Shown piece after piece: positions 14,571 through 28,526 of a DNA stretch of 64,000 bases; position 1 is the stretch's first letter, and every line of letters begins with the position of its first letter. Both the position numbers and the translations under genes were made by a program. The stretch lies in NCBI RefSeq assembly GCF_009914755.1, contig NC_060932.1. One strand, 5' to 3'. Below the pieces are notes generated by a model. That model saw nothing but the letters and a program-made list of their open reading frames with translations. It made no database searches and was not told where the DNA came from. Source of the DNA: the human T2T-CHM13v2.0 reference genome, Homo sapiens.

Positions 14571-15365
14571 TCAGGTAAAGATGATAGAATAAAGTTAGAT
14601 CACAGAATCCTTTCCCTCCAATATCTAACAAAATAAACAAATAAATAAAGTTTGTAAAAAAAAAAACAAAAAATACAATAAAAAATCAAACACAGTAAGA
14701 GATACTAAATTATGTTATAGACTGAAAAGTTTCAGCCAAGACAGGATCATAATCCCCATACCTTCTTCCAAGGAATGGTTATGAAGAAAAATGTTAAGTT
14801 CAACTAAATCCCGGGAATTCCCCCAAACTTTGAGAGACGTGAGAAAAGGTAGTAAGTCGGCAGCTCAGAAAAACATCAAGGAAAATCCATGAAAGTAGAA
14901 TTTTCTGCTTCTCACTCATCATCTGCCCAGAGGCTACAGTCTAGTTGCACACTAGAATCATCTGGGAAGCTTTTAAAATTATCAATTGCCAGGATACAAT
15001 CCAGATAAACTATAATTTTTATTGGTAGGATACAGGCATTGCTATTTTTAAAAGCCCTTCAGGTGCTTTTAAAACATGAATGTGCGCTCAGAGTTGACCA
15101 CGACTATGATAGAGCAATCCCTTGTGGTAATCATTTCCCATGGCCACATGCTGCAGTGGAGCCAGAAGGTATCTCCCATCATAGGCATAGAACAAACTCC
15201 AATTACATGGAGTAAGCCTGACTCAGGACATTAACAAAAACATCAAGAGGCAGTAAGACCTAGGTCTTTCAACAAAGGATACATGAAATATATTTTTAAA
15301 AACAACTAGAAAGATGGTCGATTTTAATATTACTAGATCCATTATCACATTAAATATAAATGGTC

Positions 15366-15833
<468 letters not shown>

Positions 15834-15956
15834 AGGTAAATGGCCTAAACACACCAATTAAAGGCAAAGATTATCAAACTGGATACAGAAATAATACATA
15901 ACTATATTTTCTATATAAAACAATACATAACTATATTGTTTCTACATAAAAACATA

Positions 15957-17030
<1,074 letters not shown>

Positions 17031-17372
17031 AAAGTAGACTAGGAAAATAAATTATGTTTGCATCCATTAAAAGATTTATTCAAGTTAAAGCTAACGTGAT
17101 TTATCTTACAAATCTATAAACAAGTTTCTCATGGTTTTGAGTAACTTGATCTATTCAGAATATCCCTAATTAAAATGGGTCGTTATTGGCACAGCAATAG
17201 ACAAATAGGCCAGTAAAAGAGAATGCTTAGAAAAAGGCCAACCTAAGTCTAGATATTTGGTATATCACAATAGTAGTAATAAAAATCAGTTGGTATGGGA
17301 ATAAATTCAATAAACAAATTTGGCACAAATGGCTACCCATATGGAAAAAGATAAAGTTAGATGCTTACCTCA

Positions 17373-17735
<363 letters not shown>

Positions 17736-19107
17736 AAACTCCTGTTCTGCAAAACTTATTGCAAACAACAGACAAGCCATTTCTATGTAGATCCTGTAGA
17801 GAAAATCAATTTCATATGCATTGCAGCATATTTGGCAATAGAAAAAATTGGAAACAACTGATATCCATCAGAAGAAAGCAACCATTGTGAATTATTCATA
17901 GGATAGAAATCTATACAATACTAAATGTAACAACATGGATCAATCTCTAAGATCTAATGTTGTGTTAAGAAAGTAAATTTCAAAAAGGTATATTAAATAT
18001 TATACCAATTATATAAAGTTTAAAAACAAACATATATGTATATATCATGAATACATACATACATATAAAGGAAAGTATAAAAGTAGACATGGAAAGAATA
18101 CACACCATCTTGAAGATAGTGATCATCATGAGAAAAAATCCACTGGTCTGAAGAGTACTTTTTATCATGAGAACTTTTGATTACTAAAATTCTGAAATAA
18201 ATTTAGTAAAATCTTCCCAGTGAATGTATAGGTGTCTGTTATTTTCTGTATGTTGGATGTATTTCATATTGTGAAAACATTTTAAAACCCCAAAGTAAAC
18301 TTAGAAATCAAACACAAAAATTATATTTTTATAATCCTATTTTTATAAGATCTTCCTGTCTACTCTACATGTAACTATATAACCTGTATAACCTATATAT
18401 AACTGTAACTATATAACTTATATATACATATATAACTATATAACTTATATAGATATAAGTTATATAGATATGTTATATATATGTAGACAGGAAGAGACGT
18501 GTGTAACATATATATAACATATCTATATGTGTTATATATGTATACATATGTATATGTAACTTATATATATCTTACTGCACAATCATGGCTCATTGCAGCC
18601 TTGACCTCCTGGGCCCAAGTGATCCTCCCACCTCAGCCCTCCAAGTAGCTAGGAAAACACGCAAGTGCCACCACACCTGGCTAAGTTTTTTTATTTTTGT
18701 AGAGCTGAGATTTCCCTATGCTGCCTAGGTTGGTCTCAAACTCCTGGGCTCAAGTGATCTTCATGGGAGGATATATCTTATCAGAATTTTATCTGAATTG
18801 TATTCAGATTTCCATATATATGCAAATTTGAATAAAATATGGAGAAATAAAAAAGCAAAGCTTTTTGTCTTTTATGTATTTATATGTTCTTCTCATTATA
18901 AATACACATATATAACATATATATAACTTACGCATATATAAGTTCTACCTTTACCTTCCGGATAAATAGATAGATCTAGAAAAATGTTCACCTAATATTA
19001 ACATTTTATAATGAAAACACTGGTGTTTTTTCCTATATTATGCTTCTCAGTATTAATGAAATTTCTAATAATGATCATGTATCAATATTTTTTCTAAAAG
19101 ACAAAAA

Positions 19108-19720
<613 letters not shown>

Positions 19721-20879
19721 AAGAAAAAAGGCTTTGCTTTATTTTTCCCCATATTTTATTCAGATTTCTTTAGTTTTACGTGATGCCCATTTTCTGTTCT
19801 GGGTTGCCACATTACACTTAGTAGAAGTTTATGTCTCCTTAGGTTCCTCTTAACTATAATGGTCTCTCAAATTATCCTTGTTTTTGATGACCTTGACAGT
19901 TTTGAGGTGTACTAGTCAAGTATTTTGTAAAATCTCCCCCTATTGGAATTTATCTGTCATTTTCTCAAAATTACACTGGGGTCATGGATTCGGAGGTGGA
20001 AAACCACAGGTGTAAGATACCATTTTCATCATGTCATAAAAAGGGTACATACTAGGAACATAACCCATAGCTGTTGATACTGACCTTGATCACCTGGCTG
20101 AGGTAGTGTTTGTCATGTTTCTCCATGGGAAAATTACTTTTTTTTCTTCCTTCCATACTGTCCTCTTTGGAAAGAGGTCACTACGTGCAGCCCACACTTA
20201 AGGAGACAGGACTTTTACTCCACCTCCTTGAGGATGGAGTAGCTACATAAATTATTTGGAATTATTCTGTGGGAGATTTGTCTCTTCTTCTCCATTCATT
20301 CATTAATTTACTCTCAGCATGGACTCAAGAATATTTAATTTTTTACTTTGGGTTATAATCCATTACTACTTTATTTTCTTGCTCAAATTGTTGGAGCTTT
20401 GGCCATCCAGAGCTCTTTTAATTGACTCCTATGTCTCCTTAACATACCCTCCCATGTGTGTTTTTTCTTTTGTGTTGTATCAATTTTTCAAATCAATTCA
20501 CAAAAAGATGAATGTATTAATAATTAGACTGATGCTAATAGGTATATTAACGGTGCTTATGTAGTATTAGGCACATAGACCTTAATGATAAGACGCTGAT
20601 ACATACAAATCAAACTTTTTTTCCAGCAAAATATTGAGTGTGTGTTTATTTACTTAGCTAACAATATTAGCTCAACAATATTATTACAAAGTTCTCCCTT
20701 TTTGAATTCTCCAAGTTAGAGAAACACTGACAAATCTATGGTATTAGTAGGCACTAACCTTTGTGGACCACTTACTATTTCAGGTACCATACTAAGCACT
20801 TAACATCTAGTACTCTGCTTAATCTTCACAACCTCAGAGCTAACCCCTGAGGAATGTGAGGCACTCCAGGAGTCTAGGC

Positions 20880-21045
20880 CACTGGTTCCCAAAGTGTGGT
20901 AGAGACCAGCAGGTTCAGTAACACCTGAGAATTTGTTATAAAGGCATATTCTTGATCCTCACCTCAGACCTCCTAAATGAGAAACTCCGGGGCTGGGGCC
21001 TAGAAAACTGTGTTTCAACATGTCCTGCAAGTAATTCTTGCTAAT
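20880..21045. mobile_element. MER5A-like DNA transposon relic
   Basis: 'tggttcccaaagtgtggt...cctcacctcagacct...gaaactccggggctggggcc'. Confidence 0.7.
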
Positions 21046-22084
21046 GCTTGAGAGAGCAGTGGAGCCAGACTTTAAATCCAGATATTAGACATCAGAGCCC
21101 ATCAAAGCCCATGTACTTAATTACTTAATTGTACTCTCTCCCTATTATACTAAGAAGAAGACCAGTAATAGGTGATTTCTAGTTAAAAACTGGTCATAAA
21201 AGAGATAGCAGTCCAGGGCAGTTTCATTCTATTCCCTTTGTCTTCCAGTGCTTGACCAAGCAACTTTAAGTATTAAATTTACCGCTAGAGGGAGTCCCGA
21301 CATTCCTCAAATGCTGAACCTTTTAAAAGCATGTAAATAAACACACACTCAATCCTTTGCTGGAAAAAAAAAAAGTTTGATTTGTATGTATCATCATGAA
21401 AACAATTTGTTTAAGCTACTTAACATGGAACAGCTGCATTTGGAGTGATATTGTTAGGCACAAATCTACTTTTAACAAATAAATACAATATACCATGATT
21501 GGTCACTTAACATCTTCATTTCTAAAACAGAACTGAAGAAGGGAAGGAGGAAACTCCAATTAGCAAAATAATAATATACTTTAAATTAAAATAATCTAGT
21601 TTAAACTACATTATCATCTCTAAATTCCTGATGAAATGAGACTGGAAAAGACTTCAACAAAATTAGCCAGTTGCCTCTACAGTGTCTCTTTCCGCATTGC
21701 TCTGAGCACTTGAGTTCAGGAATGTTAAATTCAGCACCTAGTACGTGGCAAGTTCTCCGCAAGTAATGCTGAATACTTAAATAAAGCTAATGCAACTCTC
21801 CGCCTCCACTAGGCCCCCCTTAAAACATGCTAAATAAATTGGAGTTCATTCAACGTTACACGAAATAATATTGTGCTGTTTTCACAATAAATATACAAAT
21901 ATCACATAGTAGTTCAGAAAAGTGAGACCCTATAATGCTTATAACCTGAAACAATAATTTCGAGATTTTGAAATGCTATACTCAGCGATAGATGGATCCT
22001 ATGACACACACCCTCCTTCTTCCAAATATGGAATGACATTAAAATGTTTCAACTTGTTTACAATCTTTGCAAAAAATCACTTTT

Positions 22085-22827
22085 TTGTATTTTATTTAAT
22101 TTTCTATTTCAATAGGTGTTTGGAGAGCAGGTGGTGTTTGGTTACATAAGTTCTTTAGTGGTGATTTCTAAGATTTTGGTGCACCCATCACCTGAGCAGT
22201 GTACACTGTGCCCAATGTGTAGTCTTTTATTCTTCGTCTCCCCCTCCCAATTTACCCCCGAGTCCCCAAAGTCCATTGTATCATTATTATGCCTTTGTGA
22301 CCTCATAGCTTAGCTCCTACTTGTGAGAACATCTGATGTTTGGATTTCTATTGCTGAGTTACTTCACTTAGAATAATGGTCTCCAATTCCATCCAGGTTG
22401 CTACAAATGCCATTATTATGTTCCTTTCTATGGCTGAGTATAATCCACTCATATTCCATGGTATATATACACATTTTCTTTATCCACTCATTGATTGATG
22501 TACATTTGGGCTGGTTCCATATTTTTGCAATTGTGAATTGTGCTGCTATAAACATGCATGTACAAATATCTTTTTTGTATAATGACTTCTTTTCCTCTGG
22601 GTAGATACCCAGGAGTGGGATTGCTGGATCAAGTGGTAGAGCTACCTCTAGTTCTTTAAGGAATCTCCACACTGTTTTCCATAGTGGTTGTACTAATTTA
22701 CATTTCCACCAAGAATGTAAAAGTGTTCCCTTTTCACCACATCCATGCCAACATCTATTATTTTTTGATTTTTTGATTATGGCCATTCTTGCAGGAATAA
22801 GGTGGTATTGCATTGTGGCTTTGATTT
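22085..22827 (-). mobile_element. 5'-truncated L1 3' end encoding an ORF2 C-terminal remnant
   Basis: ORF 22364..22909(-) contains L1 ORF2-like '[14 protein letters not shown]...[16 protein letters not shown]...[11 protein letters not shown]'; TSD aaaaaatcacttt. Confidence 0.88.
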
Positions 22828-23270
22828 GAAAAAAAAAAAAAAAAAAAATCACTTTTAAGAGAGAAAGAGATCCTGGTACTCTGGAAAGAACATTGAAGAA
22901 AGAAGACAAAGATTCAGTTCCACCTCTGCTATCTAATCATGCAATTCTGGCCAAGGCACTTGTCCTCCCAGGCCACCAGCTCCTCTTTGATGAGATAATG
23001 TGTCCTTGGAAAAAGTATAGCCTATAAGAAAGAACATGCCTCCAAGTAGTAAAAAGATTTGAGAACAATTGTGTTAATGCATGTTTTTTAGATATCTGTT
23101 GACAGAAGAGTAAAATCAAGAGCCCGTATCTTAGGAGGAAATTTCCTTGAGCACTTTCATTTCCATATATTGAGTACAGATTGAAGAGGGATAATTCAAT
23201 ATGCTTCTGTTCAACAATTATGATACCATTTACCAAGCATTTGCTAACAGCTTTAAGAGTTACACAATAG

Positions 23271-23460
23271 ATCCCAGCACTTTGGGAGGCTGAGGCGGGC
23301 AGATCACCTGAGGTCGGGAGTTTCTGATCAGCCTGACCAACATGGAGAAACCCGGTCTATACACCCGGGAGGCGGAGGTTGCAGTGAGCTGAGATCACGT
23401 CATTGCACTCTAGCCTGGGCAACAAGAGCGAAACTCCACCTCAAAAAAAAAAAAAAAAAA
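23271..23460 (+). mobile_element. 5'-truncated, internally deleted AluS
   Basis: Left arm joins directly into the right arm at about 23361; TSD aagag(t/c)tacacaata. Confidence 0.85.
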
Positions 23461-23524
23461 GAGCTACACAATAAATAACTTGCTTTAACACATCAATAGC
23501 TTCACATTGATACAAAGACAATGA

Positions 23525-24080
23525 TTGTAATGGTTAATTTTATGTGTCATTAGGCATTCCACCAAACATAATTCCGCATGTCTGTGAGGGTGTTTACGGA
23601 TGAGACTAAAATTTGCATAAAGGAGAGTGCCCTCCCTAATGTGGGCAGGCCTCATCCAGTCAATCGAAGGCCTGAATAGGAAAAAAGTCTCAGTAGGAGG
23701 AAACTGCTCCCACCAGACTGATTGACTTGGGACGTCATCTTTTCTAGCCTTCCCAGTAGGACTCAGTCATCTGTTTTCCTTGGGTCTCCACCCTGTTTGC
23801 TTTCAGACAGGAAATAAACCATCAGCTCTTCTGGTTCTCCAGCCTTTGGACTTGAACTGAAATGACATATTGGCTCTCCTGGGTCTCCAGCTTGTGAACT
23901 GCAGATTCTGGGACTTCTCGGCCTACATAATTACTTCAGCCAATTCCTTATAATAAAATTATACAATATATTATATATTATATTATATTATATTATATTA
24001 TATTATATTATATTATATTATATTATATTTACAAACACAGACTATTAGTTCTGTTTCTCTAAAGAACCTTGACTAATACA
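23525..24080 (+). mobile_element. MLT2-type ERVL solo LTR containing a (TATAT)n microsatellite (about 23967-24028)
   Basis: Starts 'tgtaatggttaattttatgtgtca' and ends 'gaaccttgactaataca'. Confidence 0.8.
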
Positions 24081-24408
24081 AGAACCAATCTCTACACTCC
24101 TTAGCATGGCCAAAATGCCCTATACGACCTGGTTTCCATCTACCCCTCCAACTAAATCTCAGACAGAACATGATGCCACCTCCTCCACTCCACCCTCATC
24201 AGCTTTCTTCCATGTCCTCACACATACTGTGTTTCCTCTGTCATGGGGTTTTCACTCATTTATTTATTTATTCATTGATAAACTCAACTAATTATTGAAT
24301 TTCTACTATGAGTCAAGCACTGAGGTTGTACTGGGAATATAAAGTGAACAGGTAACAATGTGGCTAGTTTCATGGAGAATATGTTCTAGTCACAGAAGAC
24401 AGAAATAG

Positions 24409-24484
24409 ATCTACAGCCATACCTGAACATGCCTGATCTTGGAAGCTAAGTGAGGTCCAGCCCGGTTAGTACGTGGATGGGAGA
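24409..24484 (+). pseudogene. 5S rRNA retropseudogene, 3'-truncated and tailless
   Basis: 'tctacagccatacctgaacatgcctgatcttggaagctaagtgaggtccagcccggttagtacgtggatgggaga' aligns by eye to about the first 90 nt of 5S rRNA with two deletions; 15-bp TSD agaagacagaaatag at 24394-24408 and 24482-24496. Confidence 0.9.
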
Positions 24485-24714
24485 AGACAGAAATAGCATG
24501 TAAATAAACAGGTTAATTTCAGGACGTGACATGTGCTTCAAAGGAAACAAAACAGGGTGAAAGAATCATTTGGTGATCAGAGAAAGCCCCACTCATAGGT
24601 GTTTTTTAAGTACAATTTTATATGAAGGGGCCATCCATGTGAGGACTTGAAGAAGGAGCATTCCAGGCAGAGAGAATTACAAACACAGAACTAACTGTGA
24701 GATAAGTTTATCTA

Positions 24715-24826
24715 TAGATAAACACAGAGAGAGAGAGAGAAGCTTATATACATATATATGTGTGTGTGTGTGTGTGTATATATATATACATATATATACA
24801 TGTATATATATACATATATATACATG

Positions 24827-24858
<32 letters not shown>

Positions 24859-24861
24859 TAT
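24715..24861. repeat. Compound microsatellite (GA)n-(TG)n-(TA)n-(CA)n
   Basis: Seen directly. Confidence 0.9.
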
Positions 24862-25484
24862 GGCATGTGTCTATAGCACAGTGGGGCAGCAAGAGAAGGT
24901 AGATAGGTAAGCGGAAATGAGATAAAGCCTTAATAGCCAGAATAGGATTTAAATTTTTATTTGAAGCACACTGAGAGGCTTTGGAGGGTTGACATCATCT
25001 GATTTAATGTTTGATTTCACACTGCGATGTTTAACAGTGGACATGGGGAGACTAGTAAGGGAGGTTTGCAGTAAGGATGATTGGTGGTAGCAGTTTGGAT
25101 TATGGGGATGTAGAAAAAAATGAAGAATGATTCAGGATATATTTTGGAGATGGAACAGATAGGAATTGCCCATGTGACTGGAGAAAAGAAAGGGTAACTC
25201 CTAAGTTTTTGACTTGAACAATCAACTGGGCAATAGCATCATTTTCTGAGATATGAAATTCTGGGTAGAGATGGGAATGGGGCTGGGGGAGGGCAAGGGG
25301 ACAAACTGCTCATACTGTCCTTCTCTTGGGACTGTTTTTCACTCCCTCTTCACCTAGTTGACTCCTTCCTATTCTTTGGATCTCAGCTCAAATGTCACTT
25401 TCTCAATGAAGTCCTTCCCTGATGAGTTCAAACCAAACCTCTATATTAAGTATACACTCAATTGCTGCCATGTAGTTTCCCCTA

Positions 25485-25948
25485 ATAGTAGACTGGAAAA
25501 GTAGCCACCAATTCCTCTACCAACCACACCATCCGTAACATTTCCACTGCCCTCTCACTCTGATCCCTCTAGTCTAGGCCACATGGCTTGCATCCGCCAA
25601 TAGTGTATCAGCAAACATAACATAGGCAGAGACTTGAAAGGCACTTGTGCAGTTGACTTGTCCTGCTCCACTGTTTTGGAACTCTGAAACCATGGAAAGA
25701 AGCCTGGCTGAGGTGCTAGACAATAAGAAACACGTGGCCCCTGCTGACGACCTGCCAATGCCGTGACACAGAAGTGAGGCCTCTTAGATCATCCAGCCGC
25801 CAGCTGACCAGAAAGGTGAGTAAGAGCCCAGCTGAGCAGAACCAAGGTAAAAGAACCACCCAGCTCACTCAGAATCCCAAGCTAACCAAACGATTGTAAA
25901 ACGTCACTAAGTTTTGTGGTGATTTGTTACACTGCAAAAGTGGATACA
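25485..25948. mobile_element. MLT1-type MaLR LTR
   Basis: 'gtagccacaattcctc...ctggccacatg...cactaagttttgtggtgatttgttacac'. Confidence 0.55.
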
Positions 25949-26480
25949 GTAGCACATACCTCAGTGGCAATTTTACACATCTTTGATTAGCTTCTATCAC
26001 TGCCACATAACTGTGAGCTCTCTAAAAGCACAGACTATTCTGACCTTAGGTTACTGTGCCAACCTCAAAGCCAAGCATAATACCTGGAACACACCAGGCA
26101 TCCAACCAATAACATGCTGAGCGAATGCAAGGAGCAAAGAGAGATACACATTGTAACACAAGCGAATAGGGGAAGTTCAAAACAAAGGACTGAGGACATC
26201 TATTTGTACAAAATAAAAACTTTTAATCAGCAGCACACGGCAGCGAGGAATACAAGACCAAAATCACATTTAATCTGTCTCAAAGGGTTCAAAGTCTAGG
26301 GTACAGGAGGCAGTACAAAATCAACGAAGTGTACTGTTTGAGCATTCCAACACTTCGCTCCTTCAGACAGTATTAGGACCCCGTCCCAAAGCGTTAGGAC
26401 AAGGCCCTAACGCTGCCTGAAAAAGTGAAGTGACGGAGGATCCCAGAGAGGTTTCTTGAAGCAGATAAAGTCTGAATTGA

Positions 26481-26811
<331 letters not shown>

Positions 26812-27566
26812 TTACTGGGAAAAGCAGCACACGCAAGGCCAGGAGGGTCAAAGGGACAGAGGCGTTCAAAGGACAAAGGAGAGCCTCCTGTTTGTTTGGG
26901 GTTTTATTCTTTTTGAATTTTTGTTCCCCCAGGCCAACTCTAAGAGCCAGAACTGTTCGTTATTTATCTCAGCACAGGTTCGGTGTAAGCGTTGCCTCCT
27001 TACCCGACGCTCAGGCCCTTCAGGTCCGGGACCCCTGCTTCTTAATTATGTTTCTATTACTCCCAGTGTCTAACACAATCTCTTCCACGAAGTCGGAACT
27101 TGATACATATTTGCTGAATAAACGAAAAGTTAAAGATGAGGCAGAAAGCACAGCTCCTTCCAAGGGCAGCTCTCAAGAGCCCACGTTTTCAGATTCAGCA
27201 GTGAAGCGGACGCGTCTGGTACGAGACTACAAGTCGCACAGGCGGAGAGGGGGCCCCCGGGCCTCTGGTTTCACGTCTCCCTCCTGGTCCCCGGCGGACC
27301 GGCGTCTTTTCTCCCCTGCTCGGAGTAGCCTAGCAGCGCTGGAGGCTGGCTGTCTGGTAAGCGCGGCTGTTAGAGAGGATGGAGGCGCCGTAGCCCCGCG
27401 GTGCTTCTCACAGCCTTCGCCGGCAGGGACGCGCGGGACAACCGCGCAGGCGGCTCTGCAGGGGTGGGCGCGCCATCACCCCTCTCGGTCCCTGCCTGCT
27501 TGGCGCTTTCCGAGCCCCAGCCGCGCTCAGGCTGCCTCGGGCATTGACCGCGGGGGCGCGCGCCCC

Positions 27567-27580
27567 GTTTCCATAGAAAC
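27567..27580. promoter_or_regulatory. RFX X-box motif GTTTCCATAGAAAC
   Basis: Matches the imperfect palindrome GTTNCCATRGNAAC about 140 nt upstream of the ATG of a ciliary gene. Confidence 0.75.
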
Positions 27581-27715
27581 GCCCGGCCTGCCGCGGCGGC
27601 GCGAGGGGCGGGCTTTCAGGCTCCCGGCGGCTGCTTGCGCCCCAGCGCGCGCCCAGGCGCCTTGGAATCCCCGTCCTTGGGCCCCCGCAAGGTCCCCGGC
27701 CGTGCGCGAGGCAGC

Positions 27716-27741
27716 ATGATGAGGCGCACCCTGGAAAACCG
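27716..27741 (+). CDS. CIBAR1: CIBAR1/FAM92A1 coding exon 1 (MMRRTLENR)
   Basis: ATG in the CpG island; donor CG|GTAACA; phase fits exon 2. Confidence 0.93.
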
Positions 27742-28291
27742 GTAACAGCCCGAGCCCAGCTGCCCAGGGCCGCCCACACTGGAGGGCTGGGGTGAGGGAA
27801 GTGGAAGCCTCTGTCCATGGGGCCTCTGCGCCGAATTCCGACCCTGAGTGGGAGGCTGCACGGTCCCCGCTGTGACCTGGGGCCTAATTCCTTGGGCTGC
27901 AGCCACCGCCGGCGGCGAAGAGGAGCCCGGGGCCCGGCCGGCTGCCACCCACCCACGCCACCGGGTCTCGGGTCCCCACACTGCCGCGGGCAGTGCGGAA
28001 GCCTAGGAGGCAGCCGGGCGCCCAGGCCGCGCTGCGCGGAGCAGCCGGAGCAGCCACCTCCCCAGTTAAGGCCAGGCCCACCCGGCCTGGGCCTTTTCCT
28101 GTGCCTACACAGTCCGGATAGTGAGGTCAGGACCCCATGGAGAGCAGTCCGCGCCGGGAGACGCTGGGTCGTTGATGGGTTTACGCCTTCAAAGCTGCAG
28201 AATGCCCGGGGAATGTTTGCATGTTAAATTAACGTGAAGCCTTCTCATCTCTAACGAGAATGTTTTGCCTTTTGTGTCACCTTTTCCCTAG

Positions 28292-28526
28292 GAACGCTCA
28301 AACGAAACAACTGCAAACAGCTGTCTCAAATGTGGAGAAGCATTTTGGAGAACTGTGCCAAATCTTCGCTGCCTATGTGCGGAAAACTGCCAGGCTGAGA
28401 GACAAAGCAGACCTCCTGGTGAATGAAATTAACGCGTATGCTGCTACAGAGACCCCGCATTTAAAGCTGGGCCTGATGAACTTTGCAGATGAGTTTGCCA
28501 AACTTCAGGATTATCGACAAGCAGAG
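28292..28526 (+). CDS. CIBAR1: CIBAR1 exon 2 (FAM92 BAR domain: NAQTKQLQTAVSNVEKHFGELCQIF...DYRQAE)
   Basis: cccTAG acceptor, GAG|GTATGG donor; the ORF-track 28260..28559 peptide matches FAM92A. Confidence 0.97.

Larger units (their letters stand above)
27200..28210. promoter_or_regulatory. CpG island / CIBAR1 promoter, probably bidirectional
   Basis: Abrupt GC- and CpG-rich block spanning exon 1; GC box GGGGCGGG at 27605-27612; ZNF143/THAP11-like ACTACAAGTCGCA at 27226-27238. Confidence 0.9.

Noticed and set aside
22364-22909. 181-aa ORF as a gene
   Set aside because: It is an L1 ORF2 C-terminal remnant inside a truncated, TSD-flanked L1, with a non-ATG start outside the element.
26892-28227. 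Long overlapping ORFs across the CpG island, including the 275-aa ORF whose TGA overlaps the CIBAR1 ATG
   Set aside because: GC-rich sequence is depleted of stop codons, there is no recognisable domain, and the ATGA overlap arises from the tandem ATGATG start.
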